Below are positions 1 to 13,043 of a stretch of 47,567 nt of DNA, piece by piece. Under the pieces are notes generated by a model, which saw only the letters and a list, made by a program, of their open reading frames with translations, was not told the DNA's origin and did no database searches. The stretch is from Catajapyx aquilonaris (lineage: Eukaryota). The position numbers and the translations under genes are program-made. Numbering within the stretch: the first letter of the stretch is position 1; the number at the start of each line of letters is the position of its first letter. Location: the NCBI GenBank assembly GCA_000934665.2, contig KZ538788.1, positions 1-47,567 on the forward strand, written 5' to 3'.

Positions 1-2421
1 AAGAGCTCCTTTAAAGCTGCTGGAACCATGTTTTATCCAAAAACCCAAAACAAACGTGCTCAGATCAGCCACGCCCACATCCAAACCCTCCTCTCCTATT
101 GGCTAACCACCAGCAAAGGGGCTTGTTTCAACCAACTGCAAACTCCCCCCAACATTCCATCAAGAAGAAGCCTACCCTTTCTGAAGAATAGTTGTCAATG
201 CAAAGTGACTCAATCACCAATAGTGCTAGTTAAAGAAGTATAATCGAGTGGGTTGTGACCTTATTCCTATCCCTCAGCAAGGGGTGAGGGATGTCTAACA
301 AAAGAGGACTGTGAGTCACATTTTAGGGAGAGTGTATAATGATTCTACCCACAAGTTTTCCCCAACGAAAATTTTCCAATTGCCCCAACCTTTGGTTGGA
401 AGGGAGAGGCTTGAATATGAAAACCAATCGAACCAGAGGGGTTGGTGGGAGACTAGTATTTAGTTTTGGCCTCCCAAAGAGAGAAGGTGGCTAGGAAACT
501 CTCGGCAGGGGTTTGGAAATTGGGTGCTCGCAGGAGATGTCAAGACCAACTGCTTGGGGCTTTTGATTGGCCCTCGACGATTATCCAGGAAGGCTATAGC
601 TAGTTTCTACCCCTTGGTGTAGGATATATATCATGCAGGCGCCTCTACCAGACGCCATCATAGATGTTTCGGATTTTGGAGGATACATGAATTGGTCAGA
701 TCGTCTCAATTGGTGCAACGGACATACCACAAAAGGACACTTGACCGAGTTAATCTTGATTTCTTTTATCTGAATCATTCCACAAAAACACAAAATTGAT
801 GGTGAGTCACACGCTTAACTGGCGTATTCATATAGAAAAATTGGCGGGCTTTTCAAAGAAAATGGTGCGTCACACATATTTCAATCGTTAAAAGGTCGGT
901 TTTATTACGAACAAAATTACACATGGCGTACCTTACTCATTGCCGCTATTATACCTGAAATATTACACGCGCTCTCAGGTGGACATGAAAGAACCGATTT
1001 TACACGTAGCAATTTTTAACTGATAAGTTACGAACAAAACCCCTTTAACCATGTCCGTATTCTAATTCCCTCTAATGACCCATTACAACCGACTCCATAA
1101 CTTTCATATAACACGAGCCCTCATGAATAAACCCTCAATTTGCAATATTCATGACCCTCAAAGGTCCTCCTTTTTTAAAAAAAATTATCACGCACAAGTG
1201 CCGCTAACTAAAGTTTCAATTCTACCAAGTTACACAGAGGTGACCCTTAAAAAAATCATTGAACCTACCTCCACATTGTGCACACCACACTTCCTCGGAG
1301 CACCTGTAAATGCACAAAAGTGCTGTTTTAAATAGTGGAACATGCCCCAGTAAATATTAACCTTTTGCTGAATCCCCAGGCCAAGCATGTACTTAGGTCC
1401 GTCCCATATGTAAAACCGAATTGGTTGAGGGGTATAGGAGGGGGGGATAACAGAGAAAGAGACGCATGCAGCACTCAGCCTCCCATTCTGTTGGGTTAAA
1501 CGAACCTCAGGGGCAGTTTAATTCAGCCCATATTGAATTCGTCCGTTCTATTCGGAATGTCAACCTTGTCAAGTTGAGTTAGACTAATGTCATAAATATT
1601 CCATTAGAGGGCGGACCCTGCAGCACACAGCCGATTCCGGGAAATCCAAACACTCCTTTTTCCCCTCCTAGTTCGGAAAATGGGTTTATCTCGCCTGATT
1701 AGAAATGGCGCCCTGGGCTTGATGGGTCCCCTCTTCTGCGCACGCGGCCCTTGCTTCATTCCGCGTCAGTAATTAAGTCTAATTTGGTTAGGGAAATGTA
1801 GCCAATTCATTCTTGTTCCCCCCCTTTTCCTTGCCCGGCTTTCTTCCCAATTAGTCCACTTCCGAAGGCTATTTGGTCGAATAAGAATGGTGGGGAGCTC
1901 TCTGATGAGGAAATCGCGTACTCACCTAAGAGGCAGGCTAATTAACAACGCTAAATATTGCTCAAATCGCATGGATAACCTACATATACACATAATTGAA
2001 GAAGTTGATTGGCGTTATGTAATACTCCTTGTAATTGAACGCAAAAGTGTCACAAAATCTATATTATTGAAAGCCGACTGTCATGACAACTCCTCCCGCA
2101 CCGTACGGCCTACAGCTTTGGGTGTGTGTCAAAATTTTGCCCGTGTTTTCTATATTTGCAAAACACGTTTGTTTTTTTTGGAAATTGTGCCAATGAACTT
2201 TGTAAAACTTTAAAAAACAGCCGACCGCGTCCGTTCCACGGAATTCCCATTTCCGCCGTTCCTGGCGCCACCTCCTGGGCGGCGACTCGCTTACTTCTGC
2301 ACTTCATCGTCGGATGTCGCTTCGATGCTGTTGCCTGGTGCGAGTCTCTCTCTCCACTTTCGCATTTTTGCCTAATTTGTTGCCAAATTTTGAAAAATTG
2401 GTGCCTATATAGTTAGAAATT

Positions 2422-2488
2422 ATTCTGCGTGCAAAATTCTCTGTGACCTGCCTAGTCAGGGACCTATAGGCAATTTTGCACGCAGAAT
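2422..2488. repeat. Inverted repeat with perfect 17-bp arms, probably an old palindromic MITE remnant
   Basis: attctgcgtgcaaaatt (2422-2438) and aattttgcacgcagaat (2472-2488). Weaker complementarity continues inward and outward to about 2401-2507. Confidence 0.65.
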
Positions 2489-3215
2489 CTCAATTAGCCT
2501 ATTAGCACAAATATAATTTGAAATAAATTTACTTATCTTCCTTTTGGCACTTGCATTTAGCATTTCCACTCTTCAATTTTTAAGGGGACCTGCTGGTGTG
2601 TACAGAGTAGTGTTTCCCTGGTGGTCGAAATCTGAGGCATCAAACCCAGGCCAATTCCCGGTTTGAAACCCGTGTCTCCTTCCTGCAACCTGGGGCAAGC
2701 TTAGTGTTAAATTCAATATCGGAGATGAGGGGCACACACGGGCCCTATCAAATGCCGGGCAAGCTGGCACAATACGGCCTCCTCCTCTCGGCCATATTGG
2801 ACACATTCCACTGGAGGGGGAAGAGGAGGAGGAGGAGGTAGGTGGTGGAGGGGGAGATTACATTGGCATTCAGCAGGCATGGCTCCCCGTGATGTACAGG
2901 AGCCGGGCCTAGGTCCAGTCCAGGGTTCAGCACACAGAATCCGGCCACATGCATACCTCCATTGCTCCCCGGGCTCTATTACCCCAGCCCTCCCGCATTC
3001 AAACTCGTTAACTGCGCTGCCAAAAGAAAATGAGGGCCCACAAGAGGAATGGCATAAAAGCCGTCAGTGAATTTGGGAAACCTAACCTCAAGCGTTCTAC
3101 TGATCACATTAATCGCAAAAACCGCCGGTTAAACGGATCTCGACGTTTCTAGTGGACTAGGGTCAGCCTCAGGATCGGATTTAAATATTTATTACCAGCC
3201 TTACTAGTTCTATTA

Positions 3216-3405
3216 CACTGTAATTTATGTACAAACTTGGAGGTGGTATATTGTGATCAAGAAATACCGTCTACAGTACTGACTCACGATGTCCTCACAA
3301 TGTACCGATCATGTACCGACTTGGACATCAAGTACCGTCTACAGTACTGACTTGTAGGCAGTTTTTGTTGATCACAAAATGGTACCTCCAAGTCGGTACA
3401 TGAAT
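3216..3405. mobile_element. CACTA/EnSpm-like non-autonomous element, family A, right terminus eroded
   Basis: Starts TA|CACTGTAA..tgtacaaacttggaggt and has the inverted arm acctccaagtcggtaca at 3384-3400. It shares blocks (taccgtctacagtactgac, ttgttgatcaca) with the copies at 12864, 43190 and 44141-44486. Confidence 0.7.
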
Positions 3406-3415
3406 GGATTCAACT

Positions 3416-3417
<2 letters not shown>

Positions 3418-3480
<63 letters not shown>
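3418..3480. repeat. (ATT)21 microsatellite
   Basis: Perfect trinucleotide run. It causes the poly-Ile ORF 3379..3597. Confidence 0.98.
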
Positions 3481-3482
<2 letters not shown>

Positions 3483-4184
3483 GACGAGGCTATGCATATG
3501 TGAGAAAGGAATGTACCCCTCTTACCACATATTAGACACAGGAGTTACCATCAGGGGGACATATGAAAAGAGTTTTGTATCGACCCATGGGGGTTGAGGG
3601 TTCTTTTTTTTTATATTATTAATAACGTGTCGCGTCAATCAGAGGAGGCTTGAAGGCGTGGTTGGGGAAGCGGGTGTGGATGGGGCTCTGGGTATTATTA
3701 GTTTGGGGGATGTCGTCGGCTCTGGCGAGAATATTCATGGCCAATCGCCCAGCCCTAGACTGGCTGGTGATTTATGAGACCCACAGCAGCTGCCTGGGAG
3801 ACAGGATGGATCAGCATCTATTACTTTGCACAACTTTCAGATGGGAGGAGGGAAGAGCATGGGGGTTGGCCTCAACCTTGTATAATTAAATTTCTCGCAC
3901 ACTCACCGGTACATATAGGCTGCTGACTAGGAGGGGTGCAAGTGGAATGTCCCAATAATAACGACTTTCAGAGAGGAATGAGGGAATATTTGCCTCCCAT
4001 TATTTTTTTGTTCGCGGGATTTTCCTCGCAATTACTGCCATGGTTTGCATCTTTGGTTTGGTCGTGACTGGCATGGTAATCTAAAGGATGAAAAGCGTCA
4101 ACTCCTAATATTTGGTCGGATTCGGCCTGAAGACGTGAGCTGAACACTAAGTTTGCTGTCAGAAAGCCAAGACCTCATTGTGTA

Positions 4185-4434
4185 CAGGGTGATCAGAATA
4201 TATGCCACATATGGACATTGATGATATTTTCATTGGATTCTAGACCAAAATATTCTACCATTTAAAAAATGTTAGCATTGGTAATTATATATGGGGAATA
4301 TTCTGCAGTGTTGCTAGAAGTGTACAGGGTATTTTATAACAGTATACGCATATCTCACAAATAATAGAATTTAAAAACATGCTAAATATTTTAATATTAG
4401 AATAGCCCCAATAAACTAATGCGGGATCACCCTG
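4185..4434. mobile_element. Tc1/mariner-type MITE with CAGGGTG termini
   Basis: TA|CAGGGTGATC ... GATCACCCTG|TA: 10-bp perfect TIR, TA target duplication, AT-rich non-coding interior. Confidence 0.7.
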
Positions 4435-5174
4435 TAGACTGTAGAGGAACCTGAACGATTCTCATTTTAATATAAAAATTCCACCTGAGGTGTCACTTAA
4501 ACCCTGACAACTACCAGTCTTTTTCTCCCCAGCAGTAGTTCCTTTAATGATCACATAGTTAAGGTTTCCACGACGAGGAGAGGGAAAGAGAGAAAGAGAA
4601 AAAGAGACTTGTAGAGATTCCATCAGCATCAGCTCCTTCCCATTTTCTTGGCCCTGCCATCCCTCCTCCTATTGAGCTTCAATTTCACACTTCACCGCTG
4701 TACTGAGGTCCACAAAGCTGCAGCTTCATCGGAAGGTTCCTTTCCATAATAAGCTATTCGAGGAGAGGACTGTCAAGAAGCGATGAGAGGAGAGGGAACA
4801 ACGAGGCAACCTGGATGGCTTTATAAAGAAGACGTGTTCAGAACTTTTCAAAAGAGAACACAACAATATTCTATCGCGGTTTCTGACTTTTTATTGCCAT
4901 TTGCACTGTGCCCAAAAGTTGCGCATTTTGCTCCTGAATACTGTACTCAAAAATCGAAACATGTAGTGAAATAAAACTTTTAAAAAAGCACAGGAAAGAA
5001 ATAAACATATCCAGAGTTATTCAAAAGTTTGGATGTTTGATTGTACAGCGTATAGTATACAATATCGATGATATACACGGCTTATAATTGTGCAAGAGCA
5101 ACGACTAGCGTTGGAAATTGATTAAACCTGAAACAAAACACTGTACCATAAAATATGCATATGTTAATATCATA

Positions 5175-5338
5175 CAGGGTGTTCCAAATTCGTGGGCCGT
5201 TTTAAATAACTGATATGCTGTCGTTATTTTTGGTAGCTTGCTATATAGAATGAGGTACCTGGTACGGAGCACAACAATCTACAAAAAATAGCTACTATCG
5301 TAGTGATAAAAAACGACCCACAAATTTGGAACACTCTG
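5175..5338. mobile_element. Tc1/mariner-type MITE with CAGGGTG termini
   Basis: TA|cagggtgttccaaattcgtgggccgtttt ... aaaacgacccacaaatttggaacactctg|TA: 29-bp TIR with 3 mismatches and TA duplication. Confidence 0.85.
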
Positions 5339-6744
5339 TATATTGATGAATACGCCACAACATAAAAAATTATAGAAACCTAAAATTTCAAAACAGTATT
5401 ACCGCCACGCCAGTAATTTCTGAGAAAATTTAACCAGCAAGATCATCTTCCTGAGTACTCTTACCTCCCACAAAAGCTCTATTTAAAAGCCCCTTATTAT
5501 GTACTATACGTGCTGTGAATATGGTGAACACTCGGAAGCAATTCTGCCAAGTCCGACACATTAAACCCCACTCCAAATCCCCATCAAACCACCATCATCA
5601 GCACCTTGTGAAGGCATCTCGAACCCTTAATTAGATCCAACTTGGAGCAGCAGCACCGCCATCCAAATGTATAGGTGCTGCCCCCCTCCTTCTACACCTG
5701 CATGACTCTGCAACAATCCCAGAGTGACAGTCAGCCCTTGGGAGGAGCCAGCATGGTTGCGAGGCCAAGAAGGGTCCCAAAAAGAAGCCCTGGCTGGCCG
5801 CATGTCACATGCTCTCACGCCGCAGGAATTAATCACAGGGGCCCTTCCACTTGTAATTCGGCGCCAGAAGAACAGAAAAGAAAGGAGAAAAATTGGCATC
5901 AAGGGTTATAAATGACCCTTCAGGCCTGTATGGAAAAAAACGACAATTCACGGTCCCCATAACAGCCCCTGGAGGATCCGGACACCAGAACCCCGCCCAT
6001 TCCGCGCGAAACTTTTTGTCTTTTCGCAACCACGGGCACCTCCCATAGAGTAAGACCGGTGGCCAAAAAGGGGACATTCCTCTGCCCGCCTCATTACCTC
6101 TGCTGACGAACCCTGAATCAGCATCACCGGAGGACAATCAATCGGGGAGTCCCCGCTGGGGTGGCATGGCCGCAGGAATGCGACTGATGGGGGACCATTC
6201 GAAACGCTACCGACTTCCATTCCGGACGATTCGCCGCACCTTTTCCCCCCTCCATCACATAGCGACTCTATTCTGATAGATCTCTATTCACATCCGTTCA
6301 TTTGGAATGTGGTGAAACAATCCGACCGACGCTGGCTGAGCTGCTGCAAAATGCGGACTAATCAACCCCTCCTGATGCCCTCTGAATGCAAGGGATGCTT
6401 CGACATCCTCCAGGTCAGATCCCCTACCAATCGGTTAAACTTATCCAGTCATGCGCGTCTGTTGCATGCACTTCAAGCGTCTCATTGTCATGTCAAAACT
6501 GTCGGGTTGGGCGCCATCAGCCATGTTCAGGTGGGATATAAGGACAGCCAGACAATCATGTGGAAAGAAACAATCAGATCGTCAATTATTGACATGTGAA
6601 TGCTTGGCGCATCGTTACTTATGATTTAGTTGTGCGTTTGTGCGACAATATCTGAAATGTCGTGATGTCTGATCAAGAGTTGGGGGGATCACTAATCAAG
6701 ATTCGACTCATCTTGAAAAATTGGTTGTTTACTTCTGTTATACT

Positions 6745-6938
6745 CGGACTTTTCGCCCCCGCCGTTTCGCCCCCGTGACAATTTTGTCCCCGGAGTTGCC
6801 AGGCTATACACACAAGGCCAGGTCACTTCTCTAGAAATGCCCAGCCGAATGCTTCAAAGTGGAATATGTCACGGGGGCGAATACGCCGCGGGCTAAAAGT
6901 CCTGGGGCGAAACTGCGGGGGCGAAAAGTCCGGATCCC
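6745..6938. mobile_element. Foldback-type MITE with repeated TTCGCCCC subterminal motifs (superfamily uncertain, possibly MULE or hAT)
   Basis: cggacttttcgcccccgccgtttcgcccc is inverted relative to ggggcgaaactgcgggggcgaaaagtccg. There is an inner pair cgcccccgtgaca / tgtcacgggggcg. The direct repeat gttatac flanks it at 6737-6743 and 6939-6945. Confidence 0.75.
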
Positions 6939-9123
6939 GTTATACACATTGCCATGGAAAAACCGCTGGGTACATTACCCATACAGTATGACCCAAAGGT
7001 ATGACCATATATTGACAATATCTCAGAGGGACATTTCAGCAAACCTATATAGCTTCAAGACACGTCCAAATGACATATTAATTTATAAACGATCCACTCT
7101 CTCTTTCCACCTCCCCCACATCGATTTGCATAATTCTTTCTCTATTGTGATTTGTGGCCAGCAACATCGAGCAAGTGCTGGATATTTCACAGGTTTCATT
7201 ACGCAGCACGAAGCAATAATAAAAACACCTACCCAGCCCGCGTTGCCGCCACAATTTGTCATGTCTGTTCGTTAGAGCAATTATCCTACCGCCATATTAA
7301 GGCCAGTAAATGTCATGTCGGTCACAGGTAATATACACCTGAATAACTAAACGCATCGAATGGGCACAAGAGCGATGGCCCAGTTGCGTGTTCATGTCAC
7401 ACATTGATCTGATATGAGAACAAGAGACAAGGTACACCCGTACGTAATATTTTCGGTTGTCAATACAACATTATTGTAGCACCTACAGGGTGCGTCATGT
7501 GCATTGAATGATGAACTGTCTGAAAATCGTGAAATAATTGTTTGAATAATTGAAGTAATATACCCCCCATGTTTTCTGCTGAATTTTTGTGGATGATTTT
7601 ACATATTGTCACCCGCAATGGTATATGGGTTTTAAAATATCCAATATTCAACACCACTTTATGGACCCACCCAAATGGCGCTAAACTTGGTGTCGATAAA
7701 CCACCAGTTATGTTCCGCAAATGAACTCTGCAAAAACCCTCAGATGTGGAAAGACATGAAAGTCCACATTTTTACCCCCCTACTACCCCCTCTCTCCGGC
7801 AATCTCTCACGCTCGATGTGCCGTCTCTGGAAACAAGATTAAATTTCACGCCGCTGGCTGCTGAAAAAGGATATTGGGGCTGAAAACAATGGAGAACAAG
7901 GAAGAAACAATGAGCTGCGGAGAACAATGGCCCCCAGAGCTGCATGAGGTGAGTGCAGAGGCTTGCAGAAAACCCCCCCTTTTTAATATGCATACCTTTA
8001 GGCCTCTGCTTACACCGACCCTCTTTTTTCGATTTTTTTTTTGAAGGGTAGATGAACAGTGTTTATATTTTACGATTGCCTACAGGCTTCAAGTAATAAG
8101 GGTTCTTTTTTTGCAATATTCGAAGCCATATGCATCGAATTTCTTCATGGTTCATGCTCGCTACTAGCCGCCATCACCCCCCTGTAATATTCGCCTAAGA
8201 ACAAACCCTCTGGAAAACCTGTGGACCAATAGAGACCCTGCACTTTTTTGTCCCAGACATTTTCCACACTCTGTGGTCCACGTGACTAATTGTCCAGTTA
8301 TAAATTATTCTGAACCAGCCAATAGCCAACTCTTGCAACAAAGTAGCATAGAGGTCGTTATACCATAGCAAAAAAAAAAGTGGTAATTTGACTCCCCCAT
8401 ATTTTTACCCTGTTACAGTTAGTTGCTAGGATACACCCCTCCTTCACTCAATCCGTGGTCGCCGATCAAACCGCATTAGCACCCTGATCTCTCGTTATGT
8501 AGGATAATAGGGCAAAGTGAGACGATTGGCCACAATTAGCCGCTCTTTCCCCCCCTCTAATGCAAAGGGTGCCCTCCCTTTCCTTCTTCCCCAAAACAGA
8601 GGGATTACCCCCGGTGGTTTTTATGTCGATAAAAGCCTTTTGGTTAGTGACGCTCAGGTGACGCTGACCATCAGGGTGGAATTAATGAGACGAAGCGTAT
8701 AGGGAACACCTGAGATCAGCAATATGGGTTACATGCACTTAAGGCTCTTAGAAAGATGGGCATATTACAAAAATATGTTACAAGGTGATGTATACGGTTG
8801 CTTTGTGCAAAATATTATGGCATAACATCCGCTTTAAAAAAAATGGGGAGGATTTCTCAATGCGAAACCCTCAGGAAATGTTTTGCATAACAAAAGAGTC
8901 ACGTGGCTCGGTAAAAACACTCTGCATGGAGTGTTGTACTTTTGTCGTAGGCAATAAGCCGCATGTGACTGTACAGCAACTGACCTAATAAAAATGCGTG
9001 TGTTCATTTACATGATTCTGCCAAATGCTGATTATTGCACTAAAATACGTTTTAAAATTTGGGATAATGATTCAACAAACAGGGTGATGCATACTGGCAA
9101 CACCCTGTACAACACACAACCAA

Positions 9124-9149
9124 GGATTACTTAACATGTTAAGTAATCC
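9124..9149. repeat. Perfect 26-bp palindrome
   Basis: ggattacttaaca|tgttaagtaatcc is its own reverse complement. Confidence 0.9.
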
Positions 9150-12100
9150 CTAGTCCAACTTATTTTTAAATTATTTTAAAAAATAATCAACAATCCGTAT
9201 CCCACCAAATTTTCCTATTGGTCCCAGAGTTTCCGCCTGAAACTCACCGTCGCATAACAAAACGGCCGTGTTAAAATATAACATATGAGCGTGACCCACC
9301 ACGCCTGAAATATGGCAACTCCGAAGAAGTTTAATGAACTTCTCAAGGACAAAGTAATCCTCCCGCTGACTTAACGACTGTCCCTGACAATAACCTCTAC
9401 AGTTTACTCACATTTAACACTTCCATTCCTAAGCACGTCCGTTACTAAACCTAAAAAAGAACGATCGGACGACATTAAGTTTGATTCAGAGGCACGTGTT
9501 GACATCACACGCGATGGACATTGATTCTTTCTGCAATCTCTTCTAATCTAAATATACTGCCTAGTACTGGTTGTATAAAAACTACCCTCTGCCCTTACCT
9601 TCTAGGTGAGAAATTGGAAGTTGCAGCATTTCACACTTCACCAACCAACATTTCTAGTCATGCCATGGGGAAAGGGACCAGCTCGTTAGATCCAGCAGCC
9701 ACCACCAAATTATAGGGTTTGAGTTGTCATCCAACTTGGCAAGTCCCTAGTGGGAGGTCATGCTACAGGAGAAGCCCCCTAAATTATCATCTTTTTGATG
9801 TTTATTCCATGAGGAAAAAATGAAATGTCGTTTCATTACTAGATTGCAGTGTTACAACTACTTTTCCATTCAGCCATTGTAGTCACCTACAGCTCACCTA
9901 TGCCAAAAGCTTGGTACCCCCTGTAGAGGTCCCCACCCTGCTGCTGTCAATCAAGGCAGGTCGGCTCAGGTAATTAGTCGCTGTACGTGTAAAAACCCCA
10001 TTGAGAGCCTCAGGTAAAAGGGGCCATGTCTCCTGCTGGGAAACATCCGAAAAACGTCTCTGGCCTTCAGGGTGAAGACATTCAGCCTTGAAATAGTGGC
10101 GTCAACTTGTCTCCCAAAATCCTTGGGTTGTCCCCAATCGGTGTTTTCCCACGCTTGTAATTGCACAAATTACTGCAAAAATTCCTGGTAGTAATTGCCA
10201 TCATGGTCGGCATATCACAAAGCACTTTGTTATACATGCTCTCTGCATGGGGCCCATCTTCAGCCCCCACTATTTCTCATTATCGAGGCCTGCTCAGACC
10301 AGCCGATTGGTCCCCGGAAGACACGAAACCAGACCTGGGTCCGCCATACGATCCCTATTCGAAGGGTATAGTTTCATCGGGTACAGCGTTCCCATGTATT
10401 GTCAGCCCAGGAGCAGTCTGAGATTTCATGTCACCCGGTGACAAAAGCACGGATGTGGAGGAATCTACCTTACCATCTTGGTACAGCCTATTCACCATTT
10501 GGATATATTCGATTTCACGACTGGATGGCGCCATCAAAATTCACCCCCTGAACACGCTTCATTAACCAGTGTGGGTCACAGGTCAACGACGTCTTGTTCG
10601 TCCCCTTTGTCACCTCTTTGATCCGGTTTCACGTCAACTAGCCTCGTCAATAGGCAACAACCCCATCACAAAAACAGCATTCAAAAGTCCACACTGCAGG
10701 CTTTTTGGGGGTTCCTTTTGACAACGGGCTTACATAATCTAAAACCCATTTTAAGGCAGTAGATAATAGGACAGGGGAATCTACCCTTGAATTGGCATGA
10801 CCACGACCAATAAGGTGTATAAAAGCCAATCGTACACCTGCGCCATTGTCACATTTCAACTATCAAACCCTCGCAGGTTATTGGTACATATTGCTCCAAG
10901 TGAACGGTTTGCTGGGTCGGCATATACCAAAAACGGTCACCCATGACCCGAGCCGTCCAACCAGCTTTTTTCCGGTAGCTTTCCAGGTTTTCCACTATCT
11001 GTCACCTTCCTGACAACTTGTCTCGACCACTCCTCTCTTCGGTCGGCAGCTCTCATACGGCTCCCACAACCAGTCAGCCTCTTCCTCCCGTCTCAGGAAC
11101 GGTATACCCATCCCCTCATAACCTTCAACCCCTACCCATTCTATAGAAGAGGGGGGTGCCCTCCAGTGCTACGCAACAATGGTCACCCAAGCCCGTTTCT
11201 TTCGGCTGGATGGCCCACAGGTGTTTTCTCCTTTGTGAGGTCCGGAAGGGGCCCGGATTTTGGACCCCATGGCTTGGGGGGGTAGGGAGAGACTCACACC
11301 TGGACACATTGGGTTCCAGAGGAGCACCGGAGGATGGATGGTTGCAATGGGGTGGCTTGTTTGCATAAGAAAGAAGCCCGCTTCTAGGGCTCCGATTCCC
11401 TAACGATATAGGGGGAGACCAGTCGATGCACCTTTTTTTGTACAGTACATACGCGTTACCTATAACCTCATGACCTCTGACCCAACTCAGAAATTTTTAG
11501 ATACCACCCAAAAATATAGTAGATCTCATAACGGGCTGCAGCTGGGGCGATGACAAGGCATAGCAGCGGGGATGCGGTCACAATGGCCCGAAGGGTATAT
11601 TTAGCCGCTTTTGGGGACAAAGAGGCCCAGTGGGTCCTAACCCCTCGGACCAAGATATCAGAGTGATTGGGGAACTGGATAAGATCGGGGGGAATGTGTG
11701 GCGACGGGGGACTTGGCACCGATCGGTTCGCTTCCATGCAGGCCAATTTGGGTCAAGGGTCACGACACCTTTAACCCAACATTCGGGGTGTCCGAATTTA
11801 ATACCTCCAGCTCAATATTGTAACATGCAGAACAAAAGATTGGACGCGCCATATATTTTGCATATGTCTCCCCCCTGCATTCCCCAACAAAAAAATAGGG
11901 TGCTATGAACCGTGAATGACTAACGGTTTAAGGCAATTAGCTCCATGCCAGTCAATTCGATATCTGTGATTCACACGGAATTCGCTATTAACATTCAAAC
12001 AATCATGCTCCTGAAATATGAATGGCATCCGTGTTCATATTTCTACCCTTTATGACTGTCACTGGGTGTGTCACACACCGGCCCTTTTGAATGCGTAGCA

Positions 12101-12863
12101 ATAACAAAACCCATAAATGCCATCCAATGATAGCACCCACCGATGGCAATATTCTGTTTGATTTTCCACCACTATGAGTGGCAAGTGGAACCGAGTCAAC
12201 CCGGAGCAGTCACAAGTATACGGATAATTTGTCAGAAACATGTCGACCGTAACGTCGCACATTTTACCTGCACGCAACGTCTTAATCGTTTCCCCCAAAA
12301 AAATCCTGATGGTATTAAGTATGGTCATGGGATTAAACTGAATGACCTCCTGTATGGCATTGAAGAGGATGACATGGTCCCCTCCGAGTCAATCGGTCGC
12401 GTGCAGTCTGAACACCTAATGGTCCACTCCATTAAACAGCACCCAAGGAGCGTTTGTCATGACTGCCTCGTACACTACTTTCCCCCCCATTCTTTCGGTA
12501 GGGGGGTGGAGGAAGCAACCTCGTCCATTCAAAACCGCTTCGCACCTTGGCCCATTCACTACTGCCTCCATATTGCGGCCGAATCCCTTGTAACAAACGT
12601 AGGGGCGACAATAATGCAAAAGGGGACCCAGGTCCCAGTCCAGGTGCACCCATTGTCGCAGTGGGTGATGGACGACCCTCAGTTGGCAAGCAATGGGGAT
12701 GGTGGGTCGGACGTACGCGGTCGTCGTCGTCCGCTCCTCCTCAATGCCGAATGGTCAGCAATTGACTTCGACCCCCAGGCGGGTTATGATCCGGGTAAAC
12801 AGACGCCCCACAGGACCATTGCCGAAACATATGGCTCTTCAGGCACTTGTATACCAGTTAGTA

Positions 12864-13043
12864 CACTGTAAATCATGTACCGAGTTGGAGGTTGAAAATG
12901 GTCGTCACTCGTACTGACGAGTGACGACGACATGAATCGTGATGTACCATTTTCAAGTCAGTACATCTGAACCACGCTGTGAACGATGGGCTGTATACAA
13001 GTCAGTACTGTACGTACCATCTCCAAGTCAGTACATTACAGTG
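12864..13043. mobile_element. CACTA/EnSpm-like non-autonomous element, family A, with both termini
   Basis: TA|CACTGTAAatcatgtaccgagttggaggt ... accatctccaagtcagtacaTTACAGTG|TA. CACT termini with a 2-bp target duplication are typical of animal CMC-EnSpm elements. Internal aagtcagtac motifs are repeated. Confidence 0.8.

Noticed and set aside
633..773. 46-aa ORF with faint resemblance to LINE apurinic-endonuclease motifs (AIIDVSDFG..NW..TTKGHLTELIL versus IIxGDFN..W..TxxGxxLDLIL)
   Set aside because: The catalytic residues are not conserved, the spacing is too short and there is no adjacent reverse-transcriptase remnant, so it is probably chance.
3379..3597. Poly-isoleucine ORF
   Set aside because: It is the translation of the (ATT)21 microsatellite plus a MITE end.
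7485..9107. Further CAGGGTG-like mariner ends (7485, 8781, 9080-9107)
   Set aside because: I could not pair them into convincing TIRs with target duplications; they are degraded fragments at best.
9950..11130. Coding-looking region with several overlapping 60-90 aa ORFs
   Set aside because: The frames I translated on both strands gave frequent stops and no recognisable domain or consistent splice pattern.
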